DNA from: Candidatus Poribacteria bacterium | GTDB lineage: Bacteria; Poribacteria; WGA-4E; PCPOR2b | NCBI GenBank assembly: GCA_965208675.1 | Contig: OZ242351.1 | Location: forward strand, 1,408,001 to 1,472,000 | Length of the DNA stretch: 64,000 nt | Direction: 5' to 3' | In this document: one piece after another, positions 39,126 to 49,506 of the stretch | Position numbering within the stretch: the stretch's first letter is position 1 | Layout: each line of letters begins with the position of its first letter | The notes under the pieces: model-generated | What the model saw: only the letters and a program-made list of their open reading frames with translations | Told to the model about the DNA's origin: nothing | Databases searched by the model: none | Position numbers and translations under genes: made by a program

Positions 39126-40022
39126 ATGGATAAGCAGGGCGACTTCAAATCTGGTTACGTCTCCATTATAGGCGAACCGAATGTCGGGAAATCAACCCTG
39201 TTGAACGCGGTGATGGGAGAAAAATTAGCCATCGTCACGCCCAAGCCGCAGACGACCCGCAATCGAATCACGGGCATTGTCACCACAGATGAATATCAGA
39301 TTGTATTTCTGGATACGCCCGGCATACTCAAGCCAAAATACCGCCTTCATACCCGTATGTTGGACGCAGCATACAGTGCACTGAAAGACGCCGATCTTAC
39401 GCTGTATTTAGTTGACGTGCACCATATATCCACCCCCGCCGCGGAACAAATTCTTGCCGCGATAAGGAAAAATGGGCAGAAATCAATTTTAGTGATAAAC
39501 AAGATAGATTTGGCGCCAAAGCAGGTGCTGTTGCCAATTATCGAAACGTATAAAAAAGAGCCCCTGTTCGCTGAGATTGTCCCGATTTCTGCGAAGACTA
39601 GGGACGGCGTTGGACAACTTCTGCGGCTTATCGTTAAATTCCTACCTGAAGGGCAACTCTTTTTCCCCGCCGACCAAATAAGCGATTTGCCGGAGCGATT
39701 CTTTGCGGCGGAAACGATACGTGAAAAGATACTCCTTAAAACGCAGCAAGAAATTCCTTACGCTTCAAGCGTCGCCATCACAGAATTCAATCAACGGGCA
39801 AATGGGACAATTTTCATTAGTGCTACGATTTATTCCGAACGGCCATCCCAAAAGCGAATATTGATTGGGAAAGGAGGGGAAATGATTAAAATCATTGGGC
39901 AACTAGCGCGAATTGAAATACAAAAATTCTTGAATGCTTCGGTGTTTCTGGACTTGCATGTTTCGGTCAAGAAAAACTGGCGGCAAGATGAAAAGAAACT
40001 CAGAGATATGGGATTTACGTGA
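39126..40022 (+). CDS. era: GTPase Era
   Basis: GEPNVGKSTL, PQTTR, DTPG, NKID, EIPY and KH domain IGKGG. Confidence 0.96.
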   Translation: MDKQGDFKSGYVSIIGEPNVGKSTLLNAVMGEKLAIVTPKPQTTRNRITGIVTTDEYQIVFLDTPGILKPKYRLHTRMLDAAYSALKDADLTLYLVDVHHISTPAAEQILAAIRKNGQKSILVINKIDLAPKQVLLPIIETYKKEPLFAEIVPISAKTRDGVGQLLRLIVKFLPEGQLFFPADQISDLPERFFAAETIREKILLKTQQEIPYASSVAITEFNQRANGTIFISATIYSERPSQKRILIGKGGEMIKIIGQLARIEIQKFLNASVFLDLHVSVKKNWRQDEKKLRDMGFT

Positions 40023-40258
40023 AAAAAAATTGTCCCAACTTATTTTAACGAGTTTTAGCAATAGCGCGGTTTCCCGATATCATTGGTTCAAAATCTTGAA
40101 ATCAGCGGTGAAAAATAAGCATAAAAATGCTTGATCCGATTTAGATTTTTTGCTAGACTATCATCCAAATCTGGACTCGTGCCCGTTTTGAAATATTATA
40201 ATTATTAGGCTTAGATACTACCAGCACTGCTTAATCTGTATCCATCCCTTGATTCGAA

Positions 40259-41413
40259 ATGAAGACAGTATTGATTTCGGACAGAGTTAGCGGCGATTCC
40301 CCTGACTCATCCGACCCATCTGCACCGCACCAGCCGCCCGAATATCCATCGGCCGCCCCAACTTCAGCCGTACGTACACCTCACAATACAGGATTGAATC
40401 AGGCATTAACTTTCGATCGATTTGTGGTAGGTGAAAGCAACCAAAAGGCTTACGAAGCTGCGCTCGCTTTGACCGACCAAACCGCCCAGGTAGACAAGTT
40501 AATTGTCCACGGCGGCGTTGGACTTGGCAAAACCCATTTGCTGCACGCCATCGGGAACCACTTTAGACAAAAAAATCTGAATCATACCATGTACTGCCCA
40601 TCCGCTGAAAAATACGTGGGCGAATGGATTCAGTCGATAGCAAGTCCGCAGAAATCAAATACGTTACGACAGCGGTACCACACCATTGATTTGTTATTGA
40701 TTGACGACATTCACTTTTTATCCAAGCACTCGAAAATTCAGGCTGAGTTTTTTCATTTACTCAAGCACTTGAGCCAGCAAAACCAGCGAATTGTCTGTAC
40801 GTGCGATCGACTGCCCCGGTTTCTCAAAGACCACTTAGCGTCTTCAAATGTCCTCAATAACGGCTTAATCGTTGAAATTTCTCCGCCTGAATTCGACTTA
40901 CGGGTTTCGATACTAGAGCGAAAGCTGCGGGAACGGAATTGGGGACCTGTTCCGTCAAGGGTGCTAGATTATTTAGCCAAGCATCTAACACAACACGTGC
41001 GCCAGCTCGAAGGCGCATTGAATCGCCTCATGGCGGAAGCTGGTTTGGGATCGAAATTGGATCTTGAGATTGCACGCCGCGTCTTGGAGAAGCGGTCAAA
41101 CTTGAGTGTTTCGGGCGCAATCACGCTTGAAACGATTCAAGAGGCAGTGGCTCGATACTTCAATCTTACGTTATCGGATTTATGTTCTCGAAAGCGTGCT
41201 CGACGATTCGTGCTTCCACGTCAAGTCGGGATGTACCTTGCCCGCGAGCTAACCGAGCTTTCCCATTCCCAAATCAGCCTAGGTTTTGGCCAAAGCCATC
41301 ATACTACCGTGATCCGGAGTTGCCAACGTATCAATTCACTCCTCAATGGAGATTTAGTTCTCAGCCAATCTATTGAATCGTTGAAATCAGAACTGACGCA
41401 ACCCCAAAATTGA
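40259..41413 (+). CDS. Atypical DnaA-like protein (AAA+ domain III plus domain IV, no domain I)
   Basis: TFDRFVVG.SN, GGVGLGKTHLLHAIGN, LLLIDD, VRQLEGAL, PRQ.GMYLARELT, HTTV. Not adjacent to dnaN. Confidence 0.88.
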   Translation: MKTVLISDRVSGDSPDSSDPSAPHQPPEYPSAAPTSAVRTPHNTGLNQALTFDRFVVGESNQKAYEAALALTDQTAQVDKLIVHGGVGLGKTHLLHAIGNHFRQKNLNHTMYCPSAEKYVGEWIQSIASPQKSNTLRQRYHTIDLLLIDDIHFLSKHSKIQAEFFHLLKHLSQQNQRIVCTCDRLPRFLKDHLASSNVLNNGLIVEISPPEFDLRVSILERKLRERNWGPVPSRVLDYLAKHLTQHVRQLEGALNRLMAEAGLGSKLDLEIARRVLEKRSNLSVSGAITLETIQEAVARYFNLTLSDLCSRKRARRFVLPRQVGMYLARELTELSHSQISLGFGQSHHTTVIRSCQRINSLLNGDLVLSQSIESLKSELTQPQN

Positions 41414-41539
41414 ACAGATTATTTCCGTTTACTTTGATCCGGAGAATCGTGGAAAGATTCAACCTCCACACTTAACTAACGTTTACCGATAAAATCGCTG
41501 CAAGTCTTTTACTAATCTCCCATCCTCCTCTCAGACTTA

Positions 41540-41572
41540 AGGGGCAGGTTACATACCTGCCCCTACTTTTTT
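41540..41572 (+). terminator. Intrinsic terminator after the dnaA-like gene (REP-related)
   Basis: AGGGGCAGGT-TACAT-ACCTGCCCCT is a perfect 10-bp stem followed by ACTTTTTT. It shares ACCTGCCCCTAC with 46389-46400. Confidence 0.8.
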
Positions 41573-41685
41573 GATTATCACTGATTGACATCATCAGGCG
41601 GTATGGTGTATCATTTGCCCGTCACCAAGCCGTATGCGATTATAATCACATCATTGGACATTTTCTTACGGAATGGAATTGAACA

Positions 41686-42222
41686 ATGACCACGGGCGTA
41701 CACGCATCCGATGACACAGACGGCTTTAAGTCAAAGGCAACGTATTGCCTGAAATGCGCAGGCCGGCTTGAGGACCGAATCATAGAAGACAAAGCGCGCC
41801 GATCATGTACGGCATGTGATTTCGTTTTCTACCAAGACCCGAAGCCCGTCGCGGGCGTCCTTGCCGTGAGAGATGGAAATTTGTTACTCATTCAACGCGG
41901 CAATGAGCCGAAGCGCGGCCTCTGGAGTTTTCCGACAGGTTACATTGACGTTGGTGATTCTCCCGAAGAAACGGCAATCCGGGAGGCAAAGGAAGAGGCA
42001 AACGTTGAGGTACGACTCAATAGCTTACTCGGGGTGTATTCCGATAAGCGGCGCACAGTCGTTCTTGTCATCTATACCGGCACTATTGCTTCGGGGAACC
42101 CCGCGGCTGGTGCAGAGGCATTAGACGCACGGTTATTTGATCTTCATGATTTGCCAAAACTAGCGTTCGACCACGACTACGACATCTTGGCGGATTTATT
42201 TTCAAAACACTCCAAGGCATAA
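41686..42222 (+). CDS. NUDIX hydrolase with N-terminal zinc ribbon
   Basis: CLKC and CTAC zinc motifs; Nudix box GYIDVGDSPEETAIREAKEEAN. Confidence 0.92.
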   Translation: MTTGVHASDDTDGFKSKATYCLKCAGRLEDRIIEDKARRSCTACDFVFYQDPKPVAGVLAVRDGNLLLIQRGNEPKRGLWSFPTGYIDVGDSPEETAIREAKEEANVEVRLNSLLGVYSDKRRTVVLVIYTGTIASGNPAAGAEALDARLFDLHDLPKLAFDHDYDILADLFSKHSKA

Positions 42223-42345
42223 TAGAACAAAAATTGTGGACGAGTGTAAGTAAACTCTACGCGAGGGAAAAAAATCGGCGCCATCTCCGGTGAATTGAAA
42301 CACGAGGCGACCCAAATCGCTAATTTCAACTGATAGGGAGGATAC

Positions 42346-43707
42346 ATGGCACATTCAATCCTGGAACGGTATCAGAAGGAATTTTCAAAAGACAGAGAAT
42401 TAGCGCAACGTGCACACCACACTTTTCCGGACGGTGTTACGCATGACAGCCGATATGTGGACCCGTTCCCGGTCTACATCGATCATGCGCAAGGGTCGAA
42501 GAAATGGGGAATTGGCGGGAAGGAATTTATCGATTATTGGGCGGGGCACGGCGCCCTCTTGTGGGGACATAATCATCCCGACATTGTCGCGGCAGTCACC
42601 CGACAGATGCAACGGGGTACGCATTACGGTGCTAGCCATCCGCTCGAACTGGAGTGGGCGAGTTTAGTGATGGAGTTGATTCCTTCAGCGGAACGGGTAC
42701 GATTCGTCAGTTCCGGAACGGAGGCGACCCTGATGGCGATTCGACTTGCCCGCACATTTACCGGCAAGAGCAAGTTGTTGAAATTTGCGGGACATTTCCA
42801 CGGCTGGCACGATGCCGTCATATTGGCGGCAAACCCGCCTTTTGAGGCGCCTGTTGCAGGAATACCGCAAGGCATCATGGATACAACAGTGATTTGTCCA
42901 CCGAATGATATTGACGCAGTCGAGGGTTATTTGAAAAGTGATTCAGATATTGCTTGCGTCATATTGGAGCCGACCGGCGGCTCCTTCGGCGCAATTCCAA
43001 CAGGCGCGGCATTTCTTCAACAGTTACGCGCACTGACCCGTGATTACGGTGTGCTGTTAATCTTTGACGAAGTAATTACCGGTTTTAGGGTTTCTCCGGG
43101 CGGCGCTCAACAGTATTACAATATCACGCCGGATTTGACAACGCTCGCCAAGATTTTAGCCGGCGGTCTTCCCGGCGGTGCGGTTGTTGGAAAGCGGGAG
43201 ATTATTAATCTTATCTCAATTAAAGAAGAAAGGATTGCGAAGCGCGGCAAGAAAATGCCCCATCCGGGCACCTTTAACGCCAATCCGCTTTCTGCGTCGG
43301 CAGGCACCGCCATGCTGAGAGCCGCTCGGACGGGCGTCCCGCAAAAACAGGTTAACCGCACCGCGGCGATATTAAGGAATGGCTTGAACGAAATTATTGA
43401 TCGGCACCGTCTTGATTGGGCAGTTTACGGCGAGTTTTCAGAAATCAGATTTCTCGCCGGACACGGCGTTCGTGAAATGCGTACTGCAGATTTCAATCCT
43501 AGCGATTGGGATTTCCGCACTCTTAAAGAGGGCGGCAATCAAGTATTACTCATGAACCTGCGATGCGGTTTGCTGCTCAACGGGGTTGACATTGCCGAAT
43601 CGGGAGGCATGACGATGGTATCCCACACAGAATCAGACATCCAAAAAACATGCGCAGCGTTCAATCAGACCGTTGAATGGATGAAGGCAGACGGGCTTTT
43701 GGATTAA
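42346..43707 (+). CDS. Class III PLP aminotransferase (glutamate-1-semialdehyde aminomutase-like paralog)
   Basis: SGTEA, F.GHFHGWHD, FDEVITGFR, AKILAGG, GTFNANP. Confidence 0.9.
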   Translation: MAHSILERYQKEFSKDRELAQRAHHTFPDGVTHDSRYVDPFPVYIDHAQGSKKWGIGGKEFIDYWAGHGALLWGHNHPDIVAAVTRQMQRGTHYGASHPLELEWASLVMELIPSAERVRFVSSGTEATLMAIRLARTFTGKSKLLKFAGHFHGWHDAVILAANPPFEAPVAGIPQGIMDTTVICPPNDIDAVEGYLKSDSDIACVILEPTGGSFGAIPTGAAFLQQLRALTRDYGVLLIFDEVITGFRVSPGGAQQYYNITPDLTTLAKILAGGLPGGAVVGKREIINLISIKEERIAKRGKKMPHPGTFNANPLSASAGTAMLRAARTGVPQKQVNRTAAILRNGLNEIIDRHRLDWAVYGEFSEIRFLAGHGVREMRTADFNPSDWDFRTLKEGGNQVLLMNLRCGLLLNGVDIAESGGMTMVSHTESDIQKTCAAFNQTVEWMKADGLLD

Positions 43708-43784
43708 GATTGCAGATATTGAGGATTGGCTGCTTAGGGAGGCCTCGAATTGCAATTGACCTGTGCAAAAATTAGGAGATTTAG

Positions 43785-45425
43785 ATGAAAGGAATTGATG
43801 CAGTTGCAAAAGTATTGAAAATTGAAGGCGTTGAATATCTGTTCTGTTTTCCGGCGAACACGCTCATCGACGCTTCGGCGAAGATTGGGATTCGACCGAT
43901 TATGGCGCGTACGGAGCGAACCCTAATCAACATGGCGGATGGATTTAGCCGCATATCCAACGGCGAACGCATCGGCGTTGCCGTGGTACAGCGAGGGCCG
44001 GGAAGCGAAAACGCTTTCGGCGGGGTAGCGCAAGCGTACTCTGATTCCGTTCCAATTCTGGTGCTTCCCGGCGGACTCAGCCGGCGGAGTCTCGGCATTC
44101 CCACCAATTTTGAGGCGGTAAGGAATTATACGGGCGTGACCAAGTGGGTCGCCCAAGTTAATCTTGCGGACCGCATACCGGAAATGATGCGACGGGCGTT
44201 CAGTTTGCTACGGATGGGACACCCGGGACCTGTGATGCTTGAAACGCTTCAAGATGTAGAGGATGAGGAAATTGACGATGATTTCGCCTACTCATCCCCG
44301 AAGCCCGTCAAACCAGCCGGAGATTTACAGGATATTGAAGGAGCGGTCAAAGCGCTACTGGCTGCGGAGCACCCTATGCTGCATGTAGGGCAGGGCGCCC
44401 TCTACGCAGACGCGTCGGAAGAGTTGATGAAATTCGCTGAAATGTTACAGGTGCCGGTGATGACAACGATGGCAGGGAAGAGTGTGTTTCCGGAAAATCA
44501 TCCCTTGTCAATCGGCGCGAGCGGCTACAGCGGCACGGGTATGGTCAAGCACTTTTTGAATAAAGCCGATCTCGTATTTGGGATTGGGTGCAGCTTTTCA
44601 AAGTCCATTATGGCAACACCGATTCCTAGCGGCAAGGTGCTGGTTCAGAATTCAATCGATGAACTCGACATTAACAAGGATTACGCTGCCGACCACGCCA
44701 TTCTCGGCGACTCCAAGATTGTATTGAATCAACTTATCGAAGAAGCAAAAAAACAACTAGGAGACGAGGCGCCGCGGGATAGAAAAGAGGTCGTAGATGA
44801 GATTAAAACGGTGAAGGCAAATTGGTTGTCAGAGTGGATGCCGAAGCTAACGTCGGACGAAATTCCAATCAATCCGTATCGCGTCATCTGGGACTTAATG
44901 CACGCTGTGGATAGAACACAGACGATCGCCACGCATGATTCCGGAAATCCACGTGATCAGATGCTCCCCTTTTACGAAACGATTGCCCCGCGCAGCTACA
45001 TTGGCTGGGGGAAGTCCACACAGTTGGGATACGGGTTGGGGTTAACAATGGGCGCAAAACTAGCGGCGCCAGAAAAACTTGCCCTCAATGTCATGGGCGA
45101 TGCGGCGTTTGGCATGGCCGGGCTGGATTTTGAAACAGCGGCACGAGAACGCATTCCTATCCTTACAATTCTCCTCAACAACTCTGCACTCGGCGGCTAT
45201 GAGAAACACATGCCGGTCGCGACAGAACGCTACGGTACGAAATTCCTCACCGGGGACTATGCGAAGGTGGCCGAAGGCTTAGGCGGTTATAGCGAAAAGG
45301 TAGAAAGCCCCGCCGAAATAATCCCGGCTATCCATCGCTGCCAGAAAGCGATTGAAGACGGCAAACCCGCGCTACTCGAAATTATTACGTGTGAAGAAGG
45401 CATCGTGTTTTCGAGAGGTTTTTGA
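43785..45425 (+). CDS. Thiamine-diphosphate-dependent enzyme (acetolactate synthase-like superfamily)
   Basis: RTER...MADG, GPG..N and the ThDP motif GDAAFG...NN. Confidence 0.9.
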   Translation: MKGIDAVAKVLKIEGVEYLFCFPANTLIDASAKIGIRPIMARTERTLINMADGFSRISNGERIGVAVVQRGPGSENAFGGVAQAYSDSVPILVLPGGLSRRSLGIPTNFEAVRNYTGVTKWVAQVNLADRIPEMMRRAFSLLRMGHPGPVMLETLQDVEDEEIDDDFAYSSPKPVKPAGDLQDIEGAVKALLAAEHPMLHVGQGALYADASEELMKFAEMLQVPVMTTMAGKSVFPENHPLSIGASGYSGTGMVKHFLNKADLVFGIGCSFSKSIMATPIPSGKVLVQNSIDELDINKDYAADHAILGDSKIVLNQLIEEAKKQLGDEAPRDRKEVVDEIKTVKANWLSEWMPKLTSDEIPINPYRVIWDLMHAVDRTQTIATHDSGNPRDQMLPFYETIAPRSYIGWGKSTQLGYGLGLTMGAKLAAPEKLALNVMGDAAFGMAGLDFETAARERIPILTILLNNSALGGYEKHMPVATERYGTKFLTGDYAKVAEGLGGYSEKVESPAEIIPAIHRCQKAIEDGKPALLEIITCEEGIVFSRGF

Positions 45426-45491
45426 AGTCCAGTGGCGGAAACAGGTCTTGCGCTCAAACCCAGAAGAATTCCGGATTACGGCTTTTAGTCT

Positions 45492-46244
45492 TTGGTTGAC
45501 TCACAGCCCGAACCGACTATGTTGACATCCCAAACCCCTCCCGAGGCAAGTCCTCCAACAGCACTCGTGCGCCTAGGTTGCTTGAGCAAAGTTTACAAAG
45601 AAGGCAACCTACGCCGAACAGTGATAGATGAGCTGAGCGGCGCATTATACGAAGGCGAGTTTGTCTGCCTTTTGGGGAAATCAGGCAGTGGGAAAAGCAC
45701 GTTACTAAACCTCATCTCCGGAATTGATACACCCAGCAGCGGACATGTATTCATACGGCATGGCAATCGTGAAATCGCCATCACCGGACTGACCGAATAC
45801 CAGCGAACCCGTTTCCGACGTTGCCACATCGGCATTGTTTTCCAGTTTTTTAATCTCATTCCAACGCTCACCACGTTTGAAAATGTAAAATTACCGCTAG
45901 AACTTGCCGGCCTAACTACGCGCAACGCACTCGCCCGTGCGCGCGCTCTGCTTAAGCAAGTTGGGTTAGGGAACCGCCTCAATACTTATCCAGACAAGCT
46001 GAGCGGAGGGGAACAACAGCGGGTAGCCATCGCGCGTGCTCTCATTCATAATCCTCTGCTGCTGTTAGCCGATGAGCCGACGGGGAATCTAGACGCAGAA
46101 TCCAGCGAAACCGTTCTATCTCTATTGCTTGAGATGAGCGTCAAAGCAAATAAGATGTTGCTGATTGCCACGCATGCGCCGGAAATAGCGCAGCGTGCAG
46201 ACCGGGTTTTACATATTCAAAACGGAAAGCTCGTGGGCGATTAA
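45492..46244 (+). CDS. ABC transporter ATP-binding protein (LolD/MacB-like)
   Basis: [36 protein letters not shown]. Start may be the ATG at 45519. Confidence 0.93.
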   Translation: MVDSQPEPTMLTSQTPPEASPPTALVRLGCLSKVYKEGNLRRTVIDELSGALYEGEFVCLLGKSGSGKSTLLNLISGIDTPSSGHVFIRHGNREIAITGLTEYQRTRFRRCHIGIVFQFFNLIPTLTTFENVKLPLELAGLTTRNALARARALLKQVGLGNRLNTYPDKLSGGEQQRVAIARALIHNPLLLLADEPTGNLDAESSETVLSLLLEMSVKANKMLLIATHAPEIAQRADRVLHIQNGKLVGD

Positions 46245-46375
46245 AATTGGAGAACACCCCGCCCAAATCTCTGACGCATTAACACACCCCAAGCGTAAGT
46301 CGGAATAGACAAAAAAGCTAGGTAAGTTCTTTTGGCATTTGGCAAATCGAATCCATCTTCATGCCGCGAATTTCT

Positions 46376-46400
46376 GGGCAGGCACAAGACCTGCCCCTAC
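46376..46400 (-). repeat. GTAG-REP, family B
   Basis: Reverse complement GTAGGGGCAGGTCTTGTGCCTGCCC is GTAG plus a GGGCAGG/CCTGCCC hairpin. Confidence 0.75.
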
Positions 46401-46550
46401 AAATCCTGGTAGTCAGACGTTTCCCCCGATTTGGGTTTCTAGCGAATCAAACGGCCGTATGTTGCATTAGCAACACCAATACGTCAATACGCCTTAATGA
46501 CTGCAAAAGGGAAAGGGACAGCATACATCGCATTTTCCGCAAGTTGACTG

Positions 46551-49283
46551 ATGGAAATCGACAGAAATAGACGCCGTATTGGGATTGTTGACACGTTGTT
46601 CCACTTGGCACTGGGACACGCTTGGCGGCGCCCTCTTCAGAGTGCTTTTCTAATCATCGGAGTTGCATTGGGGGTAGGGATTATTGTTGCGATGGATCTC
46701 GCTAACAATGCGGCAAATCGTGCTTTCACCCTGAGCACTGAAGCTGTAGCCGGTAAAGCCACACATCAGATTGTCGGCGGACCTAATGGGCTGAACGACG
46801 AGGTTTATGTTGCGCTGCGGCGTCAGTTGGGCTATCGGCTTAGTGCACCGGCCGTAACAGCATACGTCACAGTCGACGAACTGGATGCGCAACCGATGCA
46901 ACTGTTTGGGGTGGACAGTTTTGCCGAATCTCCGTTTCGAAGTTATCTGGTCGATGAGCATATTGGTTTTGGAGACACTGAAACGCTCAAGGCTTTTGTG
47001 ACTCAACCGCGAACGGTTTTGATGAGCGCGGAAACCGCTCTCCGCTACAACTTGGTAAAAGGGGACAAACTCCATGTGCAAGTTGGCAGCCGGAATACTG
47101 CGCTGGAGATTATCGGTCTGCTACGCCCAGCGGAGGAACGAAGTCGGCGTGCCCTGGACGGCCTGCTAATTGCGGACATTGCGACTGCGCAAGAAGTTTT
47201 GGGCAAGACTGGTATGCTGGATCGAATCGACTTAATTGTCCCTGACGGCGATGCAGGCACAGCAGTTCTCAAAAAAATCGCTGCAATCCTCCCGCCCGGC
47301 GCCCGTATTGAGAGACCTGATGCACGCAGCGAGTCGGTCTCGGAAATGACCTCCGCATTCCAACTAAATCTCACCGCTCTCAGTCTACTAGCTTTGCTGG
47401 TTGGCGTATTCCTGATTTATAATACCGTCGCCTTCAGTGTCGTCCAGCGCCGCCCTGTTTTGGGCAGTCTGCGTGCTTTGGGCATGACTCGAGGCGAGAT
47501 TTTCACGATTGTTCTGATTGAGGCGGGTGTGCTTAGCATTATTGGAACTTTAATAGGCATCGGATTAGGGATACTCTTGAGCCGCGGCGCCGTGCAACTG
47601 GTTACACAGACGCTTAACGACATCTTTTTCGTGGTCACTGTACGTCAGATTGATGTCCCGCTACACACGCTCGTCAAAGGTGTTGTGAGCGGCATCGGTG
47701 CGGCATTAACAGGGGCGATGCTACCAGCTTACGAAGCGTCCCGTGTACCCCCCGCTGGAGCTATACGCCGCAGCAACATTGAAGAACGGACTTCCGCCGT
47801 TTTGCCGTGGGTCTGCGGGGCAGGGGTAGGTGTGCTACTGTTGGGCGTGTTTCTGCTCATTCCAGAATGGGATTTGAGTGTTACGCTTGCCGGCGTATTT
47901 GCCGTAATTATCGGCATCGCACTACTTGCACCGATAATGACCTTAGGACTGATGCGTGTCATCGAATTCGTTAACCGCGCGATAGTTTCAATACGACTTC
48001 CCGATACAACGCAAACCACCACGCCTCGCATTTCCTTACCGGATACCAATAACGGTGAAGGCGATTTACCCAAGCCGAACGCCAATACACAATCCATCAT
48101 TTTCGAGTCCTCGAAGGAATCGCGTTTTACGCTTCATGCCTTGGCGCGTATGGCGACCCGAAACATCAAACGTTCGCTAAGCCGCACCTCAGTCGCCATT
48201 GGCGCTTTGATGGTCGCGGTCAGCACGATAATTGGCGTAAGCGTGATGATTAGCAGTTTCCGCCTGACGGTAGATCGGTGGCTGACAGATTTGCTACAGG
48301 CAGATATTTTTGTTTCTCCGCCGGCGCTAGGCCGTACGGCAGCGCCGCTTGATCCAGCGGCGGCAAAGAAGTTGGCATCGTTCCCCGGTGTGGCTCAATT
48401 TGCTACGAGCCGCGTTGTGGACGTACCCACGCGTGAATTTGGCGTAATCCAACTGGTTGCAGTTAATATGGACATTGCCGGCGCCAAACGACACTACAAA
48501 ACCGCTGTGGGGAATCATGAGGCTACATGGCATGCGTTGGAAGCCGGAGGACTTATTGTTAACGAGCCGATGGCGAATCGGTTTGATTTGGGTGTGGACG
48601 ATGAAATTACATTGTTCACGGATTACGGCGAACAGCGATTCCCAATTGTGGCTGTTGACTTTGATTTTGATGTCCAACACCGGGCGTTGGTACACGATTC
48701 CATCTACCGCAAATTTTGGACGGATACCCACCTATCCTCTGTAGCGCTCTTTGTGGAACCCGATGTCGAAATTGACGCCAAGATTGATGCTTTGAGAAAG
48801 ACGTTTTCCGGCAGCCTTAACTTGACGATTCAATCTAACCGCCGGCTTCGAGAAAACAGCCTTGCAATTTTCGATCGAGCATTCAGCACGACAGCAGCGT
48901 TGCAAATGCTTGCCACGGTGGTGGCGTTTATTGGTGTTCTCAGCACGTTGATGAGTCTGCAACTTGAGCGCAGCCACGAAATCGGCACATTGCGAGCCAT
49001 CGGCATGACACGGCAACAGTTGTGGAAATTGACCTTTTTCGAAACAGGACTGATCGGAGGCAGTGCGGGGCTGATTGCTATACCGACGGGGATTATTTTG
49101 AGCGTGATTCTTATCTATGTTATCAACCTCCGTTCGTTTGGTTGGACGCTTCAGATGCAACTTCAGGCGGTACAATTCATTCAGGCGTTCGCGGTTGCGG
49201 TAGCTGCCGCGCTGCTGGCAGGCATTTACCCGGCGTGGCGATTAGGAAGAACACCGCCTGCTGATGCATTACGTATGGAGTAA
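46551..49283 (+). CDS. ABC transporter permease, duplicated FtsX/MacB-like
   Basis: Two FtsX repeats (QRR..LG.LRALG and ERSHEIG.LRAIG), periplasmic domains and a C-terminal PA..LR.E. Confidence 0.9.
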   Translation: MEIDRNRRRIGIVDTLFHLALGHAWRRPLQSAFLIIGVALGVGIIVAMDLANNAANRAFTLSTEAVAGKATHQIVGGPNGLNDEVYVALRRQLGYRLSAPAVTAYVTVDELDAQPMQLFGVDSFAESPFRSYLVDEHIGFGDTETLKAFVTQPRTVLMSAETALRYNLVKGDKLHVQVGSRNTALEIIGLLRPAEERSRRALDGLLIADIATAQEVLGKTGMLDRIDLIVPDGDAGTAVLKKIAAILPPGARIERPDARSESVSEMTSAFQLNLTALSLLALLVGVFLIYNTVAFSVVQRRPVLGSLRALGMTRGEIFTIVLIEAGVLSIIGTLIGIGLGILLSRGAVQLVTQTLNDIFFVVTVRQIDVPLHTLVKGVVSGIGAALTGAMLPAYEASRVPPAGAIRRSNIEERTSAVLPWVCGAGVGVLLLGVFLLIPEWDLSVTLAGVFAVIIGIALLAPIMTLGLMRVIEFVNRAIVSIRLPDTTQTTTPRISLPDTNNGEGDLPKPNANTQSIIFESSKESRFTLHALARMATRNIKRSLSRTSVAIGALMVAVSTIIGVSVMISSFRLTVDRWLTDLLQADIFVSPPALGRTAAPLDPAAAKKLASFPGVAQFATSRVVDVPTREFGVIQLVAVNMDIAGAKRHYKTAVGNHEATWHALEAGGLIVNEPMANRFDLGVDDEITLFTDYGEQRFPIVAVDFDFDVQHRALVHDSIYRKFWTDTHLSSVALFVEPDVEIDAKIDALRKTFSGSLNLTIQSNRRLRENSLAIFDRAFSTTAALQMLATVVAFIGVLSTLMSLQLERSHEIGTLRAIGMTRQQLWKLTFFETGLIGGSAGLIAIPTGIILSVILIYVINLRSFGWTLQMQLQAVQFIQAFAVAVAAALLAGIYPAWRLGRTPPADALRME

Positions 49284-49409
49284 TAACGCCTAATGCCTGA
49301 GTCCGAACCGCATGATGTCTAGCAAAAATTAAGGCGCCATAAACGAACCGAAGGCAGCAACAGTCTAATCTTTGCAGAACAGCGCTATTGGTGCAACTTC
49401 GATGATTGC

Positions 49410-49439
49410 TTGACACCGTTAGAAAAAACGTGATAAAAT
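49410..49439 (+). promoter_or_regulatory. Sigma70-type promoter for the TPR gene
   Basis: TTGACA-N18-TAAAAT with an extended -10 TG. Confidence 0.6.
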
Positions 49440-49506
49440 TCGTTGATTTTCATGCACATAATTTTATTGACAATAACAATCTCGCTTCAGTGTAGGAGTG
49501 AATACC

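Noticed and set aside
40023-41685. Replication origin around the dnaA-like gene
   Set aside because: I saw no cluster of TTATCCACA-type boxes in either flank, and there are no dnaN, gyrB or rpmH neighbours.
42346-45425. Assignment as hemL plus ilvB, or as taurine tpa plus xsc
   Set aside because: Only family-level motifs are visible and the diagnostic gene context is absent, so no symbols were given.
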